A stretch of DNA of 64,000 nt from Mobula hypostoma (Eukaryota). Position 1 is the first letter of the stretch, and every line of letters begins with the position of its first letter. The notes below the pieces were generated by a model that made no database searches, was not told where the DNA came from, and saw nothing but the letters and a program-made list of their open reading frames with translations. Location of the stretch: NCBI RefSeq assembly GCF_963921235.1, contig NC_086097.1, forward strand, positions 81,346,001-81,410,000. Direction: 5' to 3'. The position numbers and the translations under genes were made by a program. Below, in pieces: positions 33,175 to 46,235 of this stretch.

Positions 33175-36100
33175 TATATGTAGGCATAGACGAGAAGAAT
33201 CAGTGCTAAAAATGCAAATGATGAACTATTTTCAACAGTGTTTCTATTCATATACTCTGGCAACAATATGCTTCAAAATCACTTTCTATATAATTTGCCT
33301 GATTGGTTTCTAAGTGTCATTTCTGAAGACAATAATTTAAGGTAACATTTTTAATACAAGCTTTGGACTGCTGCAAGATACACTCTGTCCTTTGAAATTT
33401 AACTAAAATATTCATCACAAAGAGTTCTAATTCCGAGGTATGGGACAAATTAAATTTCCATGCATGCTTCTCTGAGATCCCTGAATCATCAGAAAGAGAC
33501 CCATTTCTTTTCTCAGTGGAGCCTTACACTTCCTTACAGATTGGTGAAGTGGGTTAGCTAATGATTGCTTTCAACACATCTTTGGAATTGGCTGCTGATA
33601 GATAAGTGAACTTAAAATTCCTCATAACTTGTCAAAAGCTTTAGCCCACTACAAAGATAAAACCTTATCAGACAAACTAATGACAATTGTTTCAAAGTCT
33701 CTTTAATTGTTAAGTACAGAATTTGAGAGACCAGATATACTTGGATATTTTTTACCCTGTGGCACTGCAAACATCAGTTACTCAGAGATTGTATTCACCA
33801 GTGGCTTTTTAATTTGTACTTGATGGTAATTGGTATAATAATTTATTCTGCGATGGTGAAGCAAGTTGGACAAGAAATAAAGTTGAACAGTAAGTTAAAA
33901 TTAAATCCAAAGTTCAAAGGTTTCCAAAACAGCCACATAAATAAAAATCATTTTCAGTTAATTTTTGAGGAAAAGTTAGTTTATTTTCAATGAGATGAAG
34001 TTCATACATCTTTAATAAGTTGCTTTAACTATTTTATTGATCATTTCAATTTTTCAGTCTTAAGTACAAAGTTTCAAATGACATTTATTATCAAAGAACT
34101 TACAAGTTATACAACCTTGAGATGTGTTTGCTTACAGGCAGCCACAAAGCAAGAGACCTGAAAGAACCCAATTTAAAAATATAAAGTTATTGCATTTGAT
34201 GAATCTTTCAGAGTAGAATGGTGCAACTCAAGGTAACAATACTTCTGTTGTTCCAGATGTTGCAGCAAAGGAGACCTTCCTGCCCATTGAGTCTACGTCA
34301 TCTCCAAGTACAGCAGTCCTCTTTGGTTGCATTGCCTGCTCTTTCCACATAACTCTGAATATGGACTTTGTGTTTGTTCAGATTGTGTCTTTATTGTATG
34401 AATTGTGTGTAATATATATTTATGCTTTTATCATAAATGCAGCTTCTATGATACTGTGTGTGCATGTGATGGAACTGCAAGCAAGTTTTGCATTGTACCT
34501 TTGCATACATATACTTGTGACATTGTCTTCCATAACTCACCAGGTTTGTAGTGCACTTTACTGCTGCTGAGGAAAGCCAGTTTTCATGGTATTTATACCC
34601 TGGGTCCACACGTCTATGACAATAAATTTGAACTTGAAGTTTTATGTCATTATTGGAAAAGAAAATGTTAACAAAAATTGTTATGTGACATGTCATTTTT
34701 TCCCCTCAGTTTCTGAACACTTTACAGTCAACACTCACTTGACATTACTTTGGAGGGTAAGAAGTGAAAAAATAAATGAAGTCCTCCTGCATCAGGAGCC
34801 ATGAGCCTGACAGAGCAGATGTTAAGTTTCCTTTCCGTGGAACACTGGTGTGGAGAGGTCAACTGGCTCATCTCACTATGACCTTATTAAGATAAGATCA
34901 ACCAACTTAAAACTTAAAAACCCTCAAGAAGTGCAATTTGCCTTACCATTATCAACACTTCAACAGCATAGATTTCATGGAATTACAGAGCTTACATCAC
35001 CAGCTTATAGCAGTTTTGAAACAGTACTCCTGCAAACTACTAACCAAGCTTGAAGAAAATAAGATGAAACAATTTGGCATGTCTTTTAAAAATGCCAATT
35101 ATCTGCTAATGTGCCATTACTGTGATCTTTATTAGTTTTGTAATTTACAACCTCTGACCTTGGAAATCTCTCTCTGCTTTATGAAACTGTGCATTTATTC
35201 TCTACCTCAAATATTTTAAGAAGTTTATACTCTCTTTAAGCATCTAAAAAGGCAACTTTCAGGTTATTGAATACAGTACTTTGTACCAGAATCTGTATAC
35301 CAGCAAGTCGTGCATAGCTACTTATTGTCAGATGGGCTAGCAAAATGTCACTGCAGATTTCAGCATCCCATGTCAGAAAACGTGAAGGATGGAGGAACAC
35401 CAACCCCACAGCTACCCTGTGACCCATTCACACATACTCGCTCTGGGTAAACACAGCACTGGATGTGAACATTCTGTTAAAACTCAACAACGAAAAATGT
35501 CCATTTGAACTACACCTCAAGGACTAATTTGTAACTGTTTAAAGTGCTGTTTGCAAAGTATGGTTCCCACAAAGAATAACACAATTTTCACAGTGAAGTA
35601 ACTACAACAGACCTTAAATTGCTTACTTCAGGTGCACAGACCAGGGTTGTGGTTCACCAGGAAGGAAGTAATGCAGTCAGCCACACAACCTCTTAAATAT
35701 AACCATATTTTTTTTCTGTCAGGATGCTTCCATAGCAATTGTGGAATTCAGTGATATTTCACAGCCATTCTCCGCAGAATACCATAACTACAACCAGACC
35801 AGAACAGTCAGCCACAGCAGATTACCAAAGTGGTAGCACTTTTTTATGCATCTGCAAGGATAACACTTTATAGAAATCTCAAAAAATGCACTAATCATCT
35901 TTCAATTTAACATGAAGCATGTGCTGAAGAAAAATATTTCATCTTTTTGAAACTTTTCTCTCAATAATTGCAACAATACCTTCTGTTTGCATGCATTTCT
36001 AAATGACAATAAACGAGGACTGAGTGTCCTCATAATCTAATCTAATCTACGTAGGGTCTGAGTTGAAGATTATCAGTGAGAATAAAACAAGGAGAAGGAA

Positions 36101-36290
36101 GTGAACACTTCACAAGAACTTAGCTAGCCTTACTAAAAAGCAACCAAAAGCATATAGCAAAAGATATTGAATGGCAATGACTCAGAGTTCAATTCTCCAT
36201 ATTTCTTCAACTAACTGTGTGAGAGAACTCTCTTTTCACTCTCACCAGTGAGAAACAACTGCAGTAGCACATTTGCAGATATGGCCAGAC

Positions 36291-36371
36291 CAGGGGTTAC
36301 CAACCTGAGACCCAAGGACCCCTTGGTCAATGGTAGAAGTCCATAGCATAAAAAGAGGTTGGGAACCCCCA
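36291..36371. mobile_element. Short hAT-type MITE
   Basis: CAGGGGTTACCAACCT ... AGGTTGGGAACCCC inverted termini similar to those of 17584-18813; TSD not clear. Confidence 0.6.
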
Positions 36372-38064
36372 GACTAGATGAAAGGAGCACAAATCCTATC
36401 GAACAAACACCAAACAGCTGAAATAGTACTTCGAATCCCCAATTCTCCACATGGACTTTAAAATATAAAATTATAAACCATCATTAAAAGGCCCTTTTAA
36501 CCTCTTAACAATGAGTCTCTCCTACTTGAGTCATTACAAGGTATAACACTTAATATCAGTCAATGCTCATGTACACATCGCATTGTGTTGAACTCGAGAG
36601 TTTTGTTGAAGATTAAGTTTCATGACAGCCAGATACACTGAATGACCAGCTTTAACTGTGGTGGTTGGGAAAGTTCATAAGAACTCTAATGCTTCAGACC
36701 ATTATCAGCTGGCGGAAATTCTACCCTGATAGATCTCTAGTCTGGCTGAGCTCTTGTTCAGCTAAGCAAACTGCAGCAACTGTCAATAAATCTGTTGTTT
36801 ACAAGGGTAACTGTATGATGGAAACAGTTCCAGCATCCATTACATGCACAGAGTTTACCCATTTTCCAGACAACTTGTTTTAAATTTCCTCACTCCAATA
36901 CAGTTAGACGCAAGCGATGATTGGTTACCTCAGAAAAGAGTGGGACGTCTTGCTGAACTTTACTTAACCTGCCGGAGGCTTACAGCTTTCTGTAACTGTG
37001 ATGATACCTCCAACAGTGAAGTAAGTCTGCAGAAAATAGGGCCAGAAACTTTTGAGCTCCAATTGCATGCCTGTTATGTTCAGTGTGGGTTTGAAAGCGA
37101 AGCACAGATTGGAACATACACCAAAGGCCAAGGCTCAAGAAGTAGGACTCAATATAGGGCAGGAAAAATGGAATCCAATAACATTCTGGCAGGCACAAAG
37201 GCAAGGGATCAGCTGCAATTGGTGCAGGAGCTCAAGGGAGAGGTTGCAGTTGTTGGTGGCAATCAACCCTAGAGATGATATCAGAGAAATCCGTGAGCAA
37301 GAGTGACACTCCTAAAATTGCACCTCTGAATCAGATCATTAAATGTTCATTATATATAAGGGAGTTAATGACAAGAGGTACAAAGTTCTTTCCAGTCAGC
37401 AACAATATTAGAGATAACAATGAGAAACAATGAAAAACTCCAATACTATCCACAATACATATGAGAATATAATGTTAATTATACCTTATCAATTTCAAAT
37501 CAACACTGATTTACTGATTTGATCGTAGAATTTAGGCACTTTTGTACTATTTAGTTATAATCCTCCGGGGAATATTTATTAGGTTAGATTTAATTATCCA
37601 TTTTGGCCTTCAATTTACAGAGTGAAATCTGAATAGAAACACATGGAGACATCAAACAGTAATTAAAACACAACATTATTGTTCATAGCCAGCAGGTGGG
37701 AAGGCTCCACCCACTAAGTAATGAAGTGAACCTCTACAGCACTAGATGTCACTTCACCACTCACAGAAAATCAAAACAGCAAAAAAAATAGATTTGCATT
37801 ATAAAGCATCTTTCACAGTTTAATGTCCCAAAGTACACAGCAACAAATGAACCATTTTTGAAATTCAGCCAGTTTTCTGGTAATATAATATAAAGCCTTG
37901 GATTTTGATCTCTTTTTGGCATTTTATGACCCTGACCTCAATCAAATGTTAAAACTAGCAATATTAGTGGGTCATTTCCCTGATCAAACACAAGCACTCT
38001 AAAATGAAACTGATTTACACATAATAGAACTTTCTTTCATCACCAAAGCATTCCATATTTATTA

Positions 38065-38395
38065 GGGCAGTATGGTAGAGTAGCCTTTGGCAAAGCTCTT
38101 TACAGCGCTAGCTGTAAGATCAGGGCTCAATTCCTACCACCCTCTGAAAGGAGTTTGCACGCTATCCCCATGACTTTGTGGGTTTCCTTTGGGTGCTCCA
38201 CTTTCCTCCCACATTCCAAAAAAGACATGCGGCTTAGGGCTAGGAAGAAATGGGCATGCTGCTTTGGTATCAGAAGTGTGGCAACACTTCCAAGCTGCCC
38301 CAGCACTTACTTGGGCTGTGTTGGTTTTGGATGGAGATTAGGTATTTCACTGCACCTTTCAATGTACATGTGACAAATAAAAGCTAATCTTTGAG
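38065..38395 (+). mobile_element. tRNA-derived SINE with V-domain-like core
   Basis: Degenerate A/B boxes (TGGTAGAGTAG; GGGCTCAATTCC) followed by GTGGGTTTCCTTTGGGTGCTCCACTTTCCTCCCACATTCCAAA; AATAAA tail. Confidence 0.72.
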
Positions 38396-39016
38396 ATCTT
38401 TAATCTTCGTTTTCTAGGATTAATCGTTCTCTAGCTTAGCTTTCTGGTCCTTTTAAACTGCTTTTCTGAATTATTGCTTTGAAGATCCATTAACAATGTC
38501 AGAACAATTCTCTTCTACTCATGACTGCTTCAAGAAAATGGGCAACAACTTTGAGATTTATACCAAACACACATTAAAATAGATATCCTTAAGCTGCTAT
38601 CAGCGATTCAGCACTCCTGCAAATTGCACTGTTTGCAGCCTTCATCATCACAACCAAACAAAATCAATAGAATTGATGTGAATTTAAGCTAATTTTTTAA
38701 CTAATCCCACTGCAAAACGATGCTACCATCTTTCATTGAATTGCCTCCAGTCTAAGCGCATTTTCAAAGATGTACTAATCCACTTTAAACTATATGGTTC
38801 TCTGCATATGTACTACAATGGACCCACGTTAATATTTCAACACAAGCTTATTTTTTGCATGAGTTAATACATGAACAGAAAGTGGCAGAAACAGCCAACA
38901 GCACTTGTGAATGAAAAAAAAAACTGACATTTCAGGTCAAAGACCCTTCTGTCATAATCTGCACAAAAATATTATGTTTTGTTATATAAATGCTGCCTGA
39001 CCTGCTGAGTGTTTTC

Positions 39017-39445
39017 AAGGAGCACAGGAGGTGTATCTGGAGAAATCTGCAGTAGCAGAATACTGCATTCACAATGGCCGTAGGATTGACTTCGATGGGA
39101 CAAAACTACTGTGCCATGCCGATGGCTTTTGGGACCACCTGGTAAAGGAAGCCATTGAAATCAAACTAGAGGAAAAGAATTTTAACAAAGATGAAGGTCT
39201 TGCTCCAAGTAAGAAATGGAATTTGATTGTAAAAAGGTGGGAGAACAGAAACCTAATTAGATGAGGACCAATCAGGAGGAACGGACATGGGGGTGTAAAT
39301 ACCATCGACTAGACATGTCCAGGCATCATCCCTGAAGAAGGTGGCAGAGTTTGTCGTTGAAACGTTGGCTATAATCAATACCTGTGCATGGCTGGAAGCC
39401 TGATAAGAGTTTATTCATCATGTGTTTGGAAAGCACTAGATCCTT
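39017..39445 (+). mobile_element. Second Penelope family 3' end (GIY-YIG C-terminus + hammerhead)
   Basis: KSAVAEYCIHNGRRIDFDGTKLL...LVKEAIEIKLEEKNFNKDEG; CTGAAGA(39332-39338)...GAAACGTT(39359-39366). Confidence 0.82.
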
Positions 39446-40169
39446 TTTCATTAATATGATCGGTGCCTCAACTTGCTTGACGACATCAAAGTTTCTATGT
39501 CTTTCAGTCTTGGCTGTGTTCTCTGCCAGTCCTGTGTATATACTGAACTTTAAAGGAATCTGGTTATAAGTGGTAGGCTGCTCTCTGGAAAATCCATATT
39601 CAAAACTTTGTTGGTCGAAACATTTTGTGGTCATTGAAGTGGTAGGGTTAAACATTTTTCTACACACTTTACAAAAGCTTCATTTTCTCAATTACTGAAA
39701 TGAAAAAATATGTTCTATTACTTTCTTGTTCCCAATGCCAGGTTCTTCAAATTCATACATTTTGGTCTGGAATCAGTTTTGTGCTGCTCTTGACATGTTT
39801 GTTTCTGGCGTCTAAATGAACAGAAATGGACACAATATTCAAGTCCTGCCTAGCCAAAACACAGCAAAATGTGATCATGAGCTGCACTTCCTTATCACTT
39901 TTCACCGCCTCAGTTTCAGGCTAGGTCATCGCATTTGTACCAATTCCTGTTTTCTCTGGCAGGGTTTCCAGAGTGGGATTGCTGTTACCAATGGTCACTA
40001 CAATTCTTTTTTATATGTGAGCACCATATTATTCCAAAAACTGAAATGTTTTGCTCCCTTTAAGAGTTCAAATTTGATCTGTTATTATTATTAATAAAGC
40101 ACCAGTTTACAGTCACCACACGCACTCATTGCCTCTCCCTAACTCCTCTCAGCATCCAAGAGTCAAACT

Positions 40170-40630
40170 TGTACAGCAAAACTAAAACAGGCCCTTTGGC
40201 CCATTACATCCATGCCAACTGCTGCACCCATCTGCATTAATCCCATTCATCATGATCTTATATGTCTTGACTCTTCAAAGGCTTGCCTAGATGCATGTAA
40301 TGTGTTGTTGGAGTATCTGCCTCCACCACCTCCTCGGGCAGTACTTTCCAGAATTTATCTAAAATTCCCCCTTAGATTATCACTAAACCGCCTATATCTC
40401 ACCATAAACCTATGTTCTCTTGTCTTATACACTTCAGGAATGAATAAAAAATTTTACTACCATCCAATACATTTCCCTTATAATTCTGTATACCTCGATT
40501 AGCTTCCACTTTCTCCCTGCTCCAGGGAAAATAATCTATCCTAATAATGGAAATACTCCAGTCCAGGCCAAATCCAAGCAAACCTCCCCGGCAGTTTCTC
40601 TAGTTCAATCGCATCCTTCCAACAGTGCAC
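40170..40630 (-). mobile_element. Old CR1 3' fragment
   Basis: ACAGGCCCTTTGGCCCA at the 3' end; CTCCAGGGAAAA...TCCAGGCCAAATCC matches the reverse complement of the CR1 C-terminal region. Confidence 0.6.
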
Positions 40631-41154
40631 GCCCTCAGGTCACCTTCAGAAACTACTGTAGGGCCATTGGAAAAGATGCATTTAGAATATATTAGCTGAT
40701 GAGTTTCAGAAATTTGACTGAATGATGATTGCAGGTTAGAATAATGCAGTTCACAACAGGTTTTTAAAGCTTTTTAAGCAATATCCTAATATATGCCGTC
40801 CAGAAATGCTTACCCTATGTTGATCAATATACCTTCAAATCTTTCCTGATAGCTTCAGTTCTAATCCTTGTTAAATAGTTCATACTCCAGAGCTATGACA
40901 TGTAAGCTCTTTCTCGATATGCCAGCACTTGCTTAGATATTTTATCTTAATTAGGCACAGATTTAATCCTTTACAGTGAGCAACGGCTAAAGGAAGCAAC
41001 AGCCAGGTCAAAACAATCCACCTCCAGCCAAGGTGAAAGAACAATCTGGACTGGGATCCTAGTAAACTTTTTTTCCTGATAAACTTTTCTGTATACCTCT
41101 ATTAGCTTGTCACTCTGTGTCTCTGCTCCAGGGAAAACAAACTCCCCTAATAAT

Positions 41155-41378
41155 CACACAGAAAGCGGTGGGTGCGTGGAATCTACTGCACGGCAGTGGT
41201 GGAAGCGGATAAAATAGAGTCTTTTAAGAGCCTCTATAGGTACATTGAGCTTAGAAAAATAGAGGGCCATGCGCTAGGGAAAAATTTAGGCAGTTTCTAG
41301 AGTAGGTTACATGGTGAGCACAACATTGTGGGACAAAGGGCCTGAAGCGTGCTGTAAATTTCTATGTTCTATGTTCTA
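41155..41378 (+). mobile_element. CR1 3' end (copy A subfamily)
   Basis: Similar to 13755-13975; ends TTCTATGTTCTATGTTCTA. Confidence 0.8.
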
Positions 41379-42229
41379 ACAGAATAGTCTGCCTCAACTG
41401 TGCCACTCCAACACCTACAGCCCTAGCAGTGAGCAGCAAACCCAGAGGCCTAGCAGTAACCCTGTGTTGACACATGGATTTTCAGCTTGCACAACTCAGA
41501 AACAACAACCAAACCATGGGGATGACTTCAGCTTGCAAACTTTAAATAAGTACACCTATTCTTAGATGGAACATTTGCAAAACAAAAGTGCTTCAAATTT
41601 TTGGAGAATTCATGCTGATATTCTATTACAATGAATGGTGACTCACAATGTGTCATTTGGTGTCCCTGCATTATTACGTTTTATGCAGTGAACTTCCAGT
41701 TGTCAGGTCATTTAAGCTAAGAAATCCAAAATCCAACATATTCAATTAACAGCTACACATTTTTTAACAATGGCGATGTTAATAGAAGAAATTCCTGTGT
41801 TCCTACAGTTGCCTACCTTCTTCTATGAAGATTTTGCTTATCTAAAGTTAGAGATTAGCAAAGGATGAATGCTATGATTTGTCAGTATTGAATGTCCAGC
41901 TTACAAAATGCCCCTTCTGATCATGAATGAATCTTCTGTGAAAAATACCATGAAAAGATCAGTTTCAACCTGTTTATTATTTCCAAAAATGAGATCCATT
42001 TGAAGATTTTGCAAATGATCACATTGCTGTGATACGTCAGAGCCTCTGTTCATTCAATTGCCTTGAATTATTCCCAAAAATTACTCCCCTTCCTGAGCAG
42101 CTTCTTGTATGAGTATTAATATTCCAGGATAACTGATTTGTGGAGTTTCACTAATAAAATCATATCCCTTTAATATTTTATTCACAGAATTTATTTTCTT
42201 CAAATGCCCCTGAATTGAGGATCCCCAAA

Positions 42230-45200
42230 AGCAGGGGAGTGGAAACCGGAGTGAAAGGACTCAGAATAGGACAGATGATAAAAAAGCAAAGATAGCGTGC
42301 AGTCCGACTGCCAGGAAGGGCAGGCAGATGATACGACAAAATTGTAGCCAGAAGGGTGAGTATCAGTGCGTTTGGGATACAGAATCAAAAAAGATAGCAA
42401 AAACAGTACTCAAAGTGTTGTATCTCAATGCACAAGTGTAACCCTCAGGTTCAGCCAACAGCACTAGTCTAGAGGAAGACACTCCTTGGCCCGCCAAACT
42501 TGTGAAATCTCGTTTGTGTGGATGCTGCATGATGTTTTCCCCATTACAAATCAGTACCACGAAATAACAAACAGTACACCATATGCAATTAAATGATTTA
42601 GCTTTATAATTCTTAATTTTACTCGAGGATTAGTAAAGAAAACAAAAAGGAAAGAGTCTATTTTAATGAAAGAGTCTAATGTGCACATTGGGGCTCATGA
42701 TTCCCCCAGGCATCATCGATTCCCGACCCTGTTCCAAGTCCACTCCATCCTGCAGTCTACAACCTCTCCATTCTGACATCTTCTCTCTCCATCTTCTGCT
42801 AAACGAAAGCCCGCGACCACCTCGCTTTCAGGCACACAAGAAAGAAAAACGCTTCACTCATTGGACACGGTACATTCCAAAGCCCCCATTATCTCTAGTC
42901 ATAACCCAAACACTGCTGCTACAGAGAAACTATTACATTAGCAGTGAAACCTTTCCCAGGGAGTTACATAAGAAATAAGGCGGATGATCTTGTTGCAATT
43001 TTACAGGTTGTCAGGTACGATGTTGTGGCTGTCACTGCATCATGGCTGAAGGATGATTGCAGGTGGGAGCTAAATGTCCAAAGTTATACATTGTATCAGA
43101 GAGATAGAAAGGTAGGCAGAGGGGATGGCGTGGCTCTGTTGGTAAAGAATGGCATCAAATTAGTAGAAAGCTGTGAAATAGGATGTTGAAACCATGTAGC
43201 TTGAGTTAAGAAACTGCAAGGGTAAAAGAACCTTGATGACAGTTATATACAGGCCTCCCAAGAGTAGCTAGGATGTGGACCAGAGAATATAATGGAAATA
43301 GAAAAGGCGATTAAAAAGAGCACATTATGATAGTAATAGGAAATTTTAACATGCAGGTCAATTGGGAAAATCAGGTTGGAAATGGACCTCAAGAGAGTGA
43401 GTTTGTTGAATGCATATGAGATGACTTTTTAGAGCGGTTTGTCATTGAACCTACTAGATGATCAGCTATACTGGATTTGGTGTTATATAATGAACCAGAG
43501 GTAACTCGGGAGCTTAAGGTTAAAGAGCCCTAAGGAGCCAGTGATCACAATATAATTGAGTTCAACTTGAAACTTGATAGGAAGAAAGTAAAGTCTGACA
43601 TAACAATATTTCAGTGGAGTAAAAGAAATTACAGTGGTATGAGAGAGGAGTTGGCCAAAGTAAATTGGAAGGAGATGCTGGCAGCAGTGACAGCAGAGCA
43701 GCAATAATGTCAATTTCTGGGAAAAATGAGGAAGGTGCAGGATAGATGTGTTCCAAAAATAGAGAAGTGCTCAAATGGCAAAATAGTACAACCTTGGCTG
43801 ACAAGGGAAGTCATAGCTAAAATAAAAGCGAAAGAGAGGGCATACAACAAAGCAAAACTTAGCGGGAAGATAGAGGATTGGGAGGCTTTTAAAAACCTTC
43901 AGCAAGCAACTGAAAGAATCATTAGGAGGGAAAAGATGAAACATGAAAGCAAGCCAGCAAACAATATCAAAGTGGATAGCAAAAGCTTTTTCAAGTATGT
44001 AAAAAATAAAAGAGAGATGAGTGGATATAGGACCACTAGAAAATGAGACCGCAAAAATAATAACCGGGGCGTGGGGAGGGGGTGGCAAGAAGATGGTAGA
44101 TGAACTAAATTAGTTATTTTGCAACACTCTTCACTATGGAAGACACTAGCAATGAGCCAGATTTTGAAGAGTGAGGGGGAAGAGAAGTGAGTGCAGTTAC
44201 TATTACAAAGGAGAAGGTGCTCAAAAAGCTGAAAAACCTAAGGGTACATATTCCAGATGAACTGTACCATATGGTTCTGAAAGAGGTAGTGGTAGAGATT
44301 GTAGACAGATTAGTAATGATTTTTCAAAGGTCATAGGACTCTGGGATGAGGACAAGAAAATTGCAAGTGTCACTTCACTCTTTAAGAAAGGAGGAATGCA
44401 GCAGGAAGGAAATTATACAGCAGTTAGCCTGACTTCAGTGGCTGGGAAGCTGTTGGAATCAATTGTTAAAGATGAAGCTATGGAGTATTTGGTGACACAG
44501 GACAAGACAGGACAAAGTCAGCACAGTTTAGGAAAAATCATCCTGACGAACCTGTTGGAATTCTTAGAGGATAGATAAAGGGGGTGCAGTGGATGTTGTT
44601 TATTTGTTCTTTCAGAAGGCCTTTGACAAGGTACCACATATGAGGCTGCTTCCCAAGTTCAGAGCCCATGGTATTAGAGGAAAGTTACTGGCAAGGTTAG
44701 AGCATTGGCTGATTGGTAGGAGGTAACGAGTGGGAATAAAAGGAACTTTTTCTGGTTGACTGCCAGTCACTAGTGGTGTTCTGGAGGGATCGGTGTTGGG
44801 ATCATTTCTATCTGTGCTGTGTATCTATTATTTAGATCATGGAATTGATGGCTTTGTTGTCAAGTTTGCAGGTGATATGAAGATTGGTGGTAAGGCAGGT
44901 AGTATTGAGGAAACAGGTAGGCTGCAGAAGGACTTAGACAGATTAGGAGAATGACCAAAAAATGGCAAATGAAATACAATGTTGGAAAATGCATGGTCAT
45001 GTACTTTGACAGTCGAAATAAATGCGCAGACTAGTTTCTAAACAGGGAGAAAATCCAAAAATCTAAGAAGCAAAGGGACTTGGGAATCTTTGTGCAGTAC
45101 ATCCTAAAGGCTAATATGCAGATAGAGTTGGTGGTGAGGAAGGCACATGCAATGTTAGCATTCATCTCAAGAGGTCTAGAATACCAGAGCAGGGATGTGA

Positions 45201-45780
45201 TGCTGAGGCTTTATAAGGCACAGGTGAGGCCTTGCCTTGAGTATTGTGAGTAGTTCTGGGCTCCTCAGCTAAGAAAGGATGTGCTGGCATTGGAGAGGGT
45301 CTGGAGGAGTTTCACAAAGATGATTCCGGGAATGAAAGGGTTATCATACAAGGAACATTTGATGGCTCTAGGTCTGTACTCACTGGAATTTAGAAGGATG
45401 TCATTGAACCCTTTTGAATGTTGAAAGGCTTAGCCAGATTAGATGTGGAAAGGATGTTTCCCATGGTGGGGGAGTCCAGGAAGAGGGCACAGCCTCAGGA
45501 TACAGGGGCATCCATTTAAAGCAGAGATGTGGAGAAATTTCTTTAGCCAGAGGGTGGTGAATTTGTGGAATTTGTCGCCACGTGCAGCTGTAGAAGCCAG
45601 GTGGTTGGGTGTATTTAAGACAGAGATTGAAAGGTATTGATTGGACATAGCATCAAAGGTTACGGGGAGAAGGCCAGGAAGTGGGGCTGAGAAAGGGAAA
45701 AAAGGATCAGCCGTGATTGAAGCATAGAGCAAACCTGATGAGTCAAATAACCTAATTCTGCTCCTATGTCTTATGGTCCT
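42230..45780 (+). mobile_element. 5'-truncated degenerate CR1 ORF2 (copy D)
   Basis: Linker, YLNA, YDVVAVTASW, PWLTREV, VSLTSVAGKLLESI, RGHSLRI, FSQRVVNLWN; tail CCTATGTCTTATGGTC. Confidence 0.9.
42437..42968. mobile_element. 532-bp solo LTR-like insertion in CR1 copy D
   Basis: TGTAAC...GTTACA termini; flanks CAAG / TAAG (4-bp TSD with one mismatch); splits the CR1 NAxSIRNK motif. Confidence 0.78.
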
Positions 45781-45789
45781 CTGATGTCC

Positions 45790-46235
45790 GTCATAACCTT
45801 AGGTTTTGCCCTGAGATTCCCAAGGTTCAGAAGTTTCCTATCAGTACGGAATCTGATACCGAGGCTACATTGCCATCTCTGAAGGCATCAGTCAACATGG
45901 CAGAAAACACCAGACTGAATAGCATTAGCGCCAAGACACAGCCCTACTCAACCCCATTTGAAACAAGGAAGGGCTCGGATGTCTCACCATTGTTCTGAAT
46001 TGTAGCTCGCATGTTATCATGGGATTTCTGCACCATGGTGATTAATTTCCTTGAGCATCTGCACCTCACCATGATCTTCTACAGACCCTCTTTGCAAACA
46101 GTATTGAAGGCCTTAGTCAGATTGACATTCCAGAAGAACAGGTCGGCAATTTGCTCCTGACATTTCCCTTGCAGCGAACACCATGCTGATAGTCCCACAT
46201 AAAATTACAAAGGAAATGAGTCTTGCTCAGCAGGA
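45790..46235 (-). mobile_element. RTE-clade LINE RT fragment
   Basis: - strand GTISMVFA, VNLTKAFNTV, KLITMVQKSHDNMRATIQNNGETSEPFLVSNG match RTE-type RT motifs (DLTKAFDTV, HDxMxA, SEPFxVxNG). Confidence 0.72.

Noticed and set aside
36844..37272. 142-aa + strand ORF in non-repeat sequence
   Set aside because: No recognisable homology, non-ATG start, no convincing splice signals.
38065..38145. tRNA gene
   Set aside because: Only degenerate A/B boxes, no cloverleaf, followed by a SINE core; called as a SINE head.
39326..39667. 113-aa - strand ORF
   Set aside because: Runs into the antisense strand of a Penelope 3' end; no recognisable protein.
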